From Marsupella aquatica (taxonomy: Eukaryota; Plantae; Marchantiophyta), in NCBI GenBank assembly GCA_973895155.1, contig OZ316892.1:8105251-8169250 (forward strand): DNA of 64,000 nucleotides. Reading direction: 5' to 3'. The notes under the pieces are model-generated. The model was given only the letters and a program-made list of their open reading frames with translations, was not told the DNA's origin and did no database searches. Shown one piece after another: positions 1-10,928 of this stretch. The translations under genes were made by a program, and so were the position numbers. Each line of letters begins with the position of its first letter. Position 1 is the first letter of the stretch.

Positions 1-956
1 TTTCCAAGGACCTTTGACCTGAATTTGACAAGAAGGCTGTTCGAACCTACTTGATGGTCACATTACCAGGGCATGTTAACAAGCCAACAAGGGGTGTCAA
101 AAAGTAGAGGTGGGGCTTACACCAACAACCCCCATTTCAAGAGAACACAATCAATGCAAACCTAGAGACCAACAACCAAAATTTTATACCACCAGCCCTT
201 GAAAAGTGGTCTAAAATTTGGCCATACACAGAATGTACAGGTCACATACTCATCAGGATCCATCAAGTGCCATGTCCTGGTAATTGGAAGCGTCAAGAGA
301 CATCTGATTTTGTACTAAAATAATATTATTTAATATTTCTGGAATGTAAGGAGTTTGCTTTTCCTTAAATAGTGGTTGTGAGCTGAAACAGCAACCCGAA
401 TAACCAGAACTCTTCTACAGTCAAGAGGGATCAATCATGCTAAACGAACAGTTGGGATGAAATCGTGCCTCAAGCAATCTTGCGCTGAAATGGCAGCCAG
501 AACTCTTCTATAGTCAAGAACTATTAGTCACACTCCTGGTCACACTAAACTAAGTAACACTCCATGACTAATTACAATGAAGGGCCAAACAAAGTACAAT
601 GAAGGAATTTAAGCAAAGGAGGTCTAAAGGGGACAAACACCAAACTTATCAGAAGAAGGCTTTCAATGTAGCACTGGAACCCTGAATGTAGGCTTTCAAA
701 CCCTGAAAACCTGGAAAGAGAAAAAGGAAAAGGACCCGTTTTTCTCCCCACATACTCTTATTACTTGCAAATTAATGAGACACTATGCCCTTAATCCTAT
801 ACATTGCTTTTCCCCCTTTAAAGTGTTTTCTTGCATTTTGGGACCCTGTTTCCCTGTAGGAGCTTGTTTGTTTCATATATTTTGAATCTACATCCAAATG
901 TTTACTCTGTTTGTCCTTTAGTACATATATACTAAAGGACTAAACTGCCAAAAAAC

Positions 957-1490
957 AAAAAGTGCCCAACCTGGAAACATGATCCTTGAGGCAAACAAAT
1001 GCAATCAAGGGAGAAAAATGAAAGGGCCTGAAAGAGAGGAAGACCAGGGCAGAAGCCCAAGGCAAGAAAAACCTAAACCCCTACTATTCGTAAGCAAAAA
1101 GTACCCAACCTGGAAACATGATCCTTGAGGGAAAAACCCAATCAAAACCCAATCAAGGGAGAAAAATGAAAGGGCCTAAAAGCGAGAACGACCAGTGCAG
1201 AAGCCCCAAGGCAAGAAAAACCTAAACCCCTACTATTGGTAAGCAAAAAGTGCCCAACCTGGAAACATGATCCGTGAGGCAAAAAACACAATCAAGGAAG
1301 CATAATGAAAGGGCCTAAAAGCAAGAGACCAGGGCAGGAGCCCAAGGCGAAAAAAATCCTAAACCCCTACTATTGGTAAGCAAAAAGTGCCCAACCTGGA
1401 ACCATGATCCGTGAGACAAAAAAAAACCCAAGCCAGAAAGACCAGGGCACAAGCCCAAGGCAAGAAAACCTTCAACCCCACTATTGGTCA
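957..1490. repeat. Tandem repeat, ~140-bp unit, ~4 copies (last copy internally deleted)
   Basis: The block AGT(G/A)CCCAACCTGGAA(A/C)CATGATCC recurs at 961, 1100, 1249 and 1386 (periods 139, 149, 137). The units share CAAGGC(A/G)A and a telobox-like CCTAAACCCCTACTATT. Confidence 0.92.
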
Positions 1491-1832
1491 GCTTAAGTGG
1501 CTGGTAAAGCTCAGAAGTAAACTACATGGGTAAGTCAAGCAAGGAATCCAATTAGATGCCCATCCTATTAGATGCCCGAAAACCAACTCTCTCCCTCTGT
1601 GAAGAGCAATCGACACGAGCTGTCTAAAAATAAAGGCCGACTGATGACTCTCGGTCTAGCCGACAAATAGCTGACTAGGAATGGCAAATTGAACCGGCAC
1701 AGATATATGGTGACTGGGCTTCCATCTGATTATCACGCCATGGAAGGCTTCCTGTAGTCGGTGGTCTTGTCTTGCGGATTTGATCAGTGACGACGCACTC
1801 GCCTATCGGTCAATTGCCCCGTGAAGCAGAAT

Positions 1833-2348
1833 CTGAGGATATTTGCGAAATCCAATTTAATCCAGTCATCAGTTACGTGGTGGACAGGATATGCACAAAA
1901 CATGGTCTCGGTGAATTGGAGAATGAGCCATTTCCCCCGTTTCATCTCTTTCTGGGGACCAGGTAATGAGTGAGCCGTCGCCCTAGTCCGATCTTACAAG
2001 AGGGTTGCCAGGTCAAATCCACATGTTCCTTGACGACAGGCATGATTGATCATCGTCATCGAAATCGGGTGGAATCCCCTGTAGAATACTAAAGCAGCTC
2101 CACGTGAGTATCATCGCTGAGGATCTTTGCGGAATCCATTTTGAGCCTCTCAGTCTGTGTTGGACAGGATCTCCAGTCGCACCACGCACTCTCTCCATTG
2201 CCCCCGTTTCATCCCTTGTAGGGGGGCAGGTAAGTTTCATCGTCCTTGCCAAATGAGTGGGCCGTTGCCCGATTCCAATTTTTACAAGGGGTGTTTCCAG
2301 GTCAATCCAAATCTTTGTTTACGACAGGCAAGAGCAATGATCGTCATC
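1833..2348. repeat. Old degenerate direct duplication, ~285-bp unit, 2 copies
   Basis: Colinear shared blocks at offset ~284-288: CTGAGGAT.TTTGCG.AATCCA, TGGACAGGAT, CCCCCGTTTCATC, CAGGTAA, ATGAGTG.GCCGT.GCCC, ACGACAGGCA, ATCGTCATC. Confidence 0.75.
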
Positions 2349-5300
2349 CTATTTGGGTGTCATCCTCTCTAGAACTCGAAAACGATTCGTGTTCCATGTT
2401 TTTAGTTACTAAGGGCAGGACCCGCGGGCACGGTGAACTACCTTGCTTCTCTAACTTTGCTCGGGCATTCTGACCTCTCTGACCTCGGGCGCTCTGTTTC
2501 GATGCGATATGTTGTAACTTTTCGCTTTTTCAATTGGCTCGCTGTGTTTTGTTCTGGCTGCTTCCTGGCTGTGCGTGCGCTTGTACCTCACTTGTTGGTA
2601 CGTGAAATCTAGTATTGAAAACAAACTATTTCAAGTTCCATGGGGCGTTACAAAGTGACGTGAACCAATGGGGAGTCCAAATTGTTGTTCATAGAGTGTA
2701 CTGTTTGACGACAAGATCTATCGCTACAATTGGCTTCTAGCATTCAGGTACTGTAGAGATCGACCCGCTGTAGCTCCAAGGCAGTGCAAATTGCGATGAG
2801 GCAGTGGTTGGGAAGCCCAGGCAGAGCGGGGAGCAAGTTTAGATGTGCTGAATCTCTGCATGGACAGTCTTACTTGGAACGAGGCTGGAATCAACACAAT
2901 TTCATATTACCACTGTATTTTTCGCATCCTCCGCCTGTCACCACCAGACAAATGTCCATTGCTGAAGAATGATGTATAGCTGTCAAGTGACGTCTATAGT
3001 CTGACCATTCTAAATTGTTTAGATTGATCAATTAGAATTGAAAATAGTTGTGTTCACAAGTATCCCCAAATTGCACATACTACCTTAATTCGAGGTCAAA
3101 TTGTAGTTCTAGGAAAGAGGCAACATCAATCGAATCCGATTATCAGTATGGCCTACTGCATTTGCAGATTTGTTTGTGGTTTTAGGAGTAGAACAGCCAT
3201 TCAAGCTGTACGACGCCTCCGACCTAGTTTGACCAATGGCCATTTCCGTGCAATTACAAAAACCTGCCAGTCGACCCGTGACGTGAAAATTTTAATGAGT
3301 AGTTCTCCAGATTTTTCCAACAAACGACCAGATATGGTGCCATAAGCCACGGCTTGCTGTGATTTCATGACTTTTGTTTCCCTGAATAGTTGTCGTTAAG
3401 TCAAGACAACCTACAAATGAAAGAGGTCCAACCGTGTATGTTAGGTTTGAAAAATTCAGCCCAGCGTTCATTTGATGTACCCACGATTGACCGCCGCTTT
3501 ACTTGATTTGCAAGATCTTTCACAGTTTGCGATTGACCTCGGTTTTCTCGATTTGCGAGATCTTCTGTAGATTACTGAAATGCACTACTGTACCCACAAT
3601 CTCACAGTACCGGTTGAATCCAGATACATATACCTTGATTGAAATTATAGCTTAGAATGATGTCAACTAGATGTACGGGCAAAACAGAGTAGAACCCAAG
3701 TTTTTGTACTGTCCCAACCGTGTTATTGAACTGAGCTGCTGTAACCTATCAGTTGCTTTGCTATGGACATCAGCTATGACTGGACTTGCGACTATATCCA
3801 ACTACCTGTCTTGAATTGGAATAAACTCAATTTGCAATCACTCAATTTGCAATTGATGTCAGCTTCACTTCATTTGTAAGTAATTCTTATTTAAAGGTAA
3901 ACTGCCCAAAATATCTCGATGTGGTGAACTGTGCAGGTTGTATCCAGCTCAGCTAGTACTAGATCTGCAACTGACCGCAGCTATCGTTACTGTAGAGTTT
4001 GACTGATCTTTTAATTAATAGTTGCTTTGATCTTACCGGCATGTAATTGACTGACAGACTTGTATAAGCAGTCGTCGTTGGGTATTGTTTCTTCTTCATC
4101 TTCTCCTTTCCAAAACACTTTAAATTCCTGGTATGATCTACAGTGTACCTGTTTTGTGTCAGCTAAAACTTGCTACAACGTTCATGCTCTGTTGAAATTG
4201 CTTATTTAGATGGACAGTGTGCACCTAACTCGTTGCTTACATGAAAAATAGTTTGCACACTCTACTGAATCAAGCTGTCTGCTTGGTCGGCAAATCCGTT
4301 ACGGCTGCCCTCTTCGATCATTTAAAGTTTAGTGCCCGAGATTAACGAAAAGCCTCCATATATGTAAATCTCTTTCATCTCTTGGTATGCTCTAAGTCTC
4401 TAACCAAACAATGTATCATTTGTTCTGAAATCTGGTCTGGCAGTACGGCTTCTTTTTAGAATTTTCTGGAGTCTGTACAGCAATCCCACACAGCGCATGT
4501 GCAACAGGGTGTTGAACATGGACAGTATTGCAAGCCCATGGAAACAAAAACTCTAATGTGAATGGAACTTTCTGCTGAGAAGACTATGCAGCTCCTATAT
4601 AAGTTCCAAAGCTAGACACTTGCCGAAGATGTATCCTTAGAAAAGTTCAAAAGGGCAGTGGACAACTTTATCGGGCAAGCAATGGAGGTTTCAAGACATT
4701 ATGGCCCACACCAAGACAAACCATGTCCGCAAGATGGCCCGACTCGCTTGGAACTTCAGCAATGTCCATTCTGAAAAGGACAAGTACCATGAAATAGATG
4801 TAAACTTCAAGGCCTTGTGCGAATCTAGCTCTCAATGTTAATTGAGATGACCTTCATTGCAAGTCACTCACTTTGCAAAGAAGGCATTTGTGCCAATTAT
4901 TCATAGGGAGGATGGGAAAACTAACGAAGAGTGTACCAGCAGAAAGCTATAGTACCACGGCACAATAATATGGTCCATAAAGAGTAAAAGAGTACTAGGC
5001 CAAGGACGGCGGTGAAGGAACCAATTGCATGCGCACGGCCAGGCCTTCCCAAGAACCAGCCGCTTGCTGCTGAGTTCTAGATCTGATACTGTTGTGGCAA
5101 TTTGGAAGGACGATAGTCATCAGGTGATCTTATGGGACCTGCACCTTTAGTTGTCCTTTGATTGAAGAAAAGTTGAGGCGGGAGTTGAGGAAGTCCGTTA
5201 TCATGTGTCCCTTCCCTCATGAATCACACCTGTACTAGCAACCTTGCCCTTTCGTGAAGAGCCAAGACAAGTTGCGTGGAATAGACCTATCTTGACGTGT

Positions 5301-6636
5301 TTTGTAAGGATTGAATCAATTGGATGAAATCCAAAAGTTTTTGGCCAGATTCATTAGAGACTAGTAAGTAAATGGAGAGGATGATATTGGCCAGATTCAT
5401 TAGAGTTGTACTAAATGTATAGGAGGATAGACAAGAGTTGGACTAAATGTATAGGATGATAGACAAGGTGGCCACTCCCATCACAGGATACAAATGAGTA
5501 ACCATAATATCTGCAGATAATACCAGCGGAGTGGGTGACTTAGGGGAAAGCATTTGGGGAGGCCTAAACACAGTTTCACTGAGGTATTGAACACCCACTA
5601 GGTGATGTACACGTTGAACGGTAACTAAGCTGAACAAGCATTTCGATTCAAGCCTGAAACCAATTCAGGTGACTCTATTACCTTTACTGACAATGAAAAA
5701 AACTCATGGTCCCAACTTCAGGTCCAGATATTCACTAGGCTTTAATAGAAAGCACGGTATGTATGAGAATACAGTACAGTAGTGTGAAGGTATTATCTAC
5801 TGTACAAGTACCCCGTTAGACTTAAATCATGTACTTATAAGAATCCTTTTATTGCAATTCAACGCGTGTGACAAGTAAGATGAGATGTTAACAATATCAA
5901 ATGTCTTCATGATATCCATCCCCACGACCTGCAGGATCTTCTCGTCCCGTTGCGGCCTTCTAGTTAGCCTCATCTTCTGTCCATTCTCGCCGACAACTTA
6001 CTGCTTTACTCGGCCAATTATACATGATATATACTACCTCAATTTTACTCGTCTGAATGGGAGAGAACAATAAATTGGGATGAACTATTAAACGCCCATA
6101 TTACCGGGCATATTACCCATCATACTATTCCTCGTTCTCCGATTACAAACTCTGGCAGAGGAGACAGAAGATAATTTCTCTCATTCTCCGATTCTTGCGA
6201 TCGAGGGAGCGAGAAACGAACAATAATTATTTACTTGTAAGGGAGATCTAGAGAGATCAACTATACCCTTTCTACCACAATTTTCTCGATCAGGGAGAGA
6301 AAACACTACAAAACAGTAAAGGCGATAAACTCTCTCCAGACCAATTGCAACTAAAAACATGTGCCTTCTATATGTCCTGATTATATATACAAAAATATAT
6401 GACGAGTCATCCCATGCACTCGAGCATTTTCTCTTAAATCTCCCATCCGTTTCTTATTTCGCCGAGCCCTACCTCAATCTGCAGCACTCTTGTAGTCAGA
6501 TCAATCATCGTTCGGAATACTATGAAAGAATTCTCGAATCGTCGTCCTTTTATTGGAGAAACCACTGATCTAAAGTCACAACCTTCGAGCCCAGTTTTCG
6601 AGAAATCAATCAGAATTTAAGAATCAGAAATGGAGT

Positions 6637-8433
6637 TCAATGGACAGCAGTGCCATTCTGGTAAGGAGTAGCAACGATGCCGTTCGCCTTCATAGGAGAA
6701 GCAGCTCCGGTCTGAAGAGGAGAAGCAGCTCCGTTCTGAAGAGGAGACGCGGCTCCGTTCTGAAGAGGACTTGCGCCATCATGAACACCGACCGCAGCTC
6801 GGCCAGATGGGTCCAGATTCTTGGCCCAAGCTTTATCCCAGGCTATGGCGGCTGCAGTGCTGCAGGCAATGCTGGGCCCCCCCGGAACAGTTTCCCTAGC
6901 ACAATGCTGTGGAAACCGTCTCTCGAAGAGCAAGCGGTAGTAGTAGGCCTCCTTCGTTGCGGGGGTGTTGTAAGGGTAGATATGTTTGGCGTGGGCCATC
7001 ATTTGATCGGTCACCTGCTTGGACGCATGCTCCTTCAATCCATCAATCCAGCTGTACCCTACACCATCACTAAACTGCTCCTTCTGCCGGTATAAAATGT
7101 GCTTTGGCAGATACGGGTTCTCCTCATCATCAAAGGCCTTCCGAAGAATGTACTTCTCTATTCTCCCCTTGCTCTTATCGATCAGCTTCTCAGCTGGATC
7201 GATGCTCATGGCCAGGTCCATGAACTCCTTGTCTAAGAAGGGCACTCGGACCTCGAGTCCCCACGCTGCAGTGGACTTGTTGGCCCTCAGGCAGTCGTAC
7301 AAATGGAGTGCTTTAATCTTTCTACAGGTCTCGAGATGCAGCTCTTCCTTGTTGGGAGCTTTGTGGAAATACAGATACCCACCGAAAATCTCGTCTGACC
7401 CTTCCCCGGAGAGAACCATCTTCACTCCCAGAGCCTTGATTTTACGTGACATGAGAAACATGGGCGTGCTGGCTCTGATGGTGGTCACATCATAGGTCTC
7501 CAGATGGTAGATGACCTCAGAAATCGCGTCCAGACCCTGCTGCACTGTGAAATGGAACTCGTGGTGGAAAGTGCCCAGAGTCTTGGCCACTTCAGCTCCA
7601 GCCTTCAGATCCGGAGAGCCCTCTAGCCCCACACAGAAGGTGTGCAGCTGGGGACCCCATAGCTTGCCAGCATTCGTCTCACTAAGGTGCCTGGACGCCA
7701 CAGCAGCCACCAAGGAAGAATCCAAGCCCCCAGAGAGAAGCACGCCGAATGGGACATCAGTCATGAGCCGCTTGATCACCGCCTTCTCGAAAGCTTCACG
7801 TAAAGCTTTGGGATTATACGGCACTGAGGGGATGGTTTCGTTCAGCGCTGGCGGATTGTACCACTTTCGGAGCTCGCCCGTTTTGCTGGAGTAGATGTGG
7901 CCCGGCGGGAAAACCTTGAAGGTCTCGCACTCGTCCACCAGAGCCTTCATCTCGGAGGCGAACCAGAGCGAGCCGTCCTTGCCCCATCCGAGATACAGCG
8001 GAGTGATGCCAATGGGATCTCGGGCAGCAATGTAGCTGTTGTCTCGTGTATCTAGCAGCACGAACGAGAACATGCCATCGAGCTGGTGGACGACGTCTTC
8101 CCCAATCTCCTCATAGAGATGGGCGATGATCTCACAGTCGCTCCCGGTGTGGTACTTGCGTGGCCTCTTGAGGCTTTTTTTGAGCTGCTCGTGGTTGTAG
8201 ATCTCGCCGTTCACCACAACGACGATGCTGCTGGACTCGTTGAAGAGGGGCTGGTCGCCTGAGGCCGGGTCGATGATGGCGAGTCTCTCGTGCGCCAAAA
8301 ATGAATCGCCATTCTGGTAAATGCCGCTCCAGTCCGGGCCTCGGTGCCTCAGCCTGCACGAGAGCTCCACGATACGAGCGCGTTGTGCAGCTGTGGCATC
8401 ATGGCAGCCCAGCACAGCTAATATGCCACACAT
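6637..8433 (-). CDS. ASN: Glutamine-hydrolysing asparagine synthetase (class II GATase plus synthetase domain), intronless, 598 aa
   Basis: The ORF starts MCGILAVLG (catalytic Cys2; ATG at 8433). It contains HRGPD, HERLAIIDP, NGEIYNH, LSGGLDSS, SGEGSDEIFGGYLYFHKAP, RVPFLD and RQKEQFSDGVG. No introns interrupt it. The ORF track begins at an upstream TTG, which is not the likely start. Confidence 0.97.
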   Translation of the reverse strand: MCGILAVLGCHDATAAQRARIVELSCRLRHRGPDWSGIYQNGDSFLAHERLAIIDPASGDQPLFNESSSIVVVVNGEIYNHEQLKKSLKRPRKYHTGSDCEIIAHLYEEIGEDVVHQLDGMFSFVLLDTRDNSYIAARDPIGITPLYLGWGKDGSLWFASEMKALVDECETFKVFPPGHIYSSKTGELRKWYNPPALNETIPSVPYNPKALREAFEKAVIKRLMTDVPFGVLLSGGLDSSLVAAVASRHLSETNAGKLWGPQLHTFCVGLEGSPDLKAGAEVAKTLGTFHHEFHFTVQQGLDAISEVIYHLETYDVTTIRASTPMFLMSRKIKALGVKMVLSGEGSDEIFGGYLYFHKAPNKEELHLETCRKIKALHLYDCLRANKSTAAWGLEVRVPFLDKEFMDLAMSIDPAEKLIDKSKGRIEKYILRKAFDDEENPYLPKHILYRQKEQFSDGVGYSWIDGLKEHASKQVTDQMMAHAKHIYPYNTPATKEAYYYRLLFERRFPQHCARETVPGGPSIACSTAAAIAWDKAWAKNLDPSGRAAVGVHDGASPLQNGAASPLQNGAASPLQTGAASPMKANGIVATPYQNGTAVH

Positions 8434-8540
8434 TTTGACAATTAGATGCTGCTCGATCAACGCTATTAGCTGAGTGACACTCTAGCTATCCAGCAAATTT
8501 TACACTGGTGACCCGCAGCACCCTCAGCACAGTAGGTGAA

Positions 8541-8964
8541 ATGCAATTCAGCACAGCTTGTTGAATCTCAGCCTGATCGACAATTGGAATGCAATTCAGC
8601 CCAGGTGGTGGGTTGATCGAAACTCAGCCCAGCTCACCAATTCCAATGCAATTCAGCTCACTTAGCTGACACGGAGCTTATTCCAACAATTCAAGCTGAA
8701 TCAGTGACATGCAGTCACCTCCAAAACTCAAGTAGATGGACCTTGATCGCGACAGCGAACTGATACTCAGCCCCGCATGCAATTCAAGCGGAAACTCAGC
8801 CCAGTGATTAGAGTGCACTGTGGCAGCTGAAACACAGCACAGTTTCTCAAATGGAATTCCCCAAACCTTCCTGAAATCCTGAAATCCAGGCCTCTATTGA
8901 ATGCAATTCACGAGACTTGAATGCTGAAACTCACTAGCACAAAATCGTGATCTGATGCAATTCA
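8541..8964. promoter_or_regulatory. Cluster of six exact ATGCAATTCA 10-mers with associated ACTCAGCCC motifs in the ASN leader/promoter
   Basis: Exact copies at 8541, 8589, 8646, 8777, 8901 and 8955. AACTCAGCCC occurs at 8621 and 8793, with variants near 8566, 8764 and 8926. The regulatory role is inferred from position only. Confidence 0.55.
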
Positions 8965-9100
8965 CCACTCCTAATCAACTCTGGATCAGATGTCACCGTT
9001 CCAAGCTACAGAAACCTCTAATTGGCCTGCCCAGCAATTCGAGCGCACTATCAGAATTCAGCGGAGCTAGCGATCGAGTGAGGCAGCTGACTGATCCTCA

Positions 9101-9104
<4 letters not shown>

Positions 9105-9138
<34 letters not shown>
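9105..9138. repeat. (CT)17 / (GA)n microsatellite upstream of ASN
   Basis: Perfect dinucleotide run read directly. GA tracts are known BBR/BPC-type binding sites in plants. Confidence 0.97.
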
Positions 9139-9142
<4 letters not shown>

Positions 9143-10928
9143 GCTGAACGGATTGTTGTTGTTGTGCCTATCTGTAACGAAACAAACGCAGGTACGTTGT
9201 GGATCATGTCTTCCACTGCTGAAGGCTGATTTTATGGGCTTTGACAAAGCTTGCGTCAGCAGAAGCGAGCATCGCCTCATTGGCTTTTGCTTGGCCCCAG
9301 GTACTTCCAAACGGAAGATTCACAAACTGAATTTTTCCTATCTCAAGCAACCGAATGCATGCATCGGCGCCTCCGACACATACTCATATTCTATTAGTGC
9401 CCCACGTACAGTCAAGTGCCCCTTGGTATCTTTGTGGGGTCTAAAACTCAGACACCACCACCATAGCCCAAGCACACGAGAAGTTCGTAGGACAACAGTC
9501 GCCAGAGTCCTGACTCCAGATTCACCTCCATGACCCAAATTAATCTAGACACTAGTAATTCTTCGCAAAGTTGGCCCCCCATTGGAAGCCCGTTCCACAA
9601 TAATCTTAGGAAGTTTGTGCAGGCACACACATAGGCAGCATTGGTCACATATAATAGCAGTTAGTTATTGAGAAACAAAAAACATGATCATTCATGTTTG
9701 AGGTAAGGCAAACAAAAATAACCACATGTAATTGTAAAAACAATAGAAAACCAACAGATGGATAAAAACAGGGCACAAGAAAATAACATTTGGATTGAGA
9801 TAGCAGTGTTTTTCTATCAATTGTTTGAACTTTAATTTATTTAACTCGTACATTTTTGAAATAATCATGGGGTAGAAAGAAACTCTTCAGTTTCTATAAC
9901 ATTTACCAAGTTAATGTAAAAAACCTTTCAGCTACTATGGTTATATAGGAGTAACAAGAGAACATAGGGAAACCCTTCAATTACTACATGGACAAAGTAG
10001 TAAAATGGGAACATAAAAAAAATCCCTTCAAATTAGTTCGTGGACCCCCACCTGTTTTTATTCGATTAGTGGACTACTACGTTGAGCTTCAGTGATCTGC
10101 TAGAGTAGTTGAGGTCGATCAGTCCTTATCGATCTTGTCAATGTCCTTATCGATTCTCTTTGCTTCTCCTTCTTTCTGCTCGATCTATTTGTTTCTGATT
10201 AAGATGTGCTGCGCCTCTTTTCTGTCCTCGATCAGTTCTCATTTTTCCTTTCTTCATTCGGCTTCTGATCTTTTTTGATTTTGTTTCTCCAACATTCCTC
10301 TTTACTTTGCACTTCAAGAGGCAAAACTCCTTTCGAGCTTTCCTCTTTTCATTACTTTCATCAAAAGCCTTCCTCCCTTTCGAAATGTTGATGTGCTTCT
10401 TTTGTTCTGACGGTTTTATTTCGGCAGTTACACAGGAATACGGTTACTGTTTACGTTGAACACTATTTACTTTTATAAAAAAACATTTATAAATTTAAGT
10501 AAAGAGAATATGGGTGAATGTTTTTAATCTCGCCCTTTGTATCAATAGATTTGGATGAACTTTTAATTACTTTTACATTATGTTTTGACGGCATGGCGTC
10601 CATAAAATTACACGAAAAGCGACGTAAACAAGATGGAGAGGAGTTTATTCGTTGCGCAAACATGACCATTCTTGTTTGTTGCGGTTGTTGCTGACGTGGC
10701 ACTCTGTGGTGCCAGGAATTTTGGAAGGAACCTCTAGTGGGGTCCGTAAATACTATATGGGTAAAGTAGTAGTAGTAACAAGGGAACATAAGAAACACTT
10801 CAACTACTATGGACATAAAAGACCAAGGGAACTTAACAAACCCTTGGGCTACTATGGACTTAGGTGTCTAAGTTAGCTCTGACTAGTCTTGGGTTAACTT
10901 AGTTATTTAGGCTAAACAACCATCAGGA

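Noticed and set aside
6640-7894. Plus-strand ORFs of 127-158 aa
   Set aside because: Antisense shadows of the GC-rich ASN CDS with no recognisable motifs. The same applies to shadow ORFs over TBCC and PP7.
8953-8961. TGATGCAAT, identical to the mammalian C/EBP-ATF amino-acid response element
   Set aside because: Only one of the six motif copies has this context, and plants lack an established ATF4 pathway. Treated as coincidence.
8955-9533. 192-aa ORF
   Set aside because: It runs through the (CT)n microsatellite and has no domain-like features.
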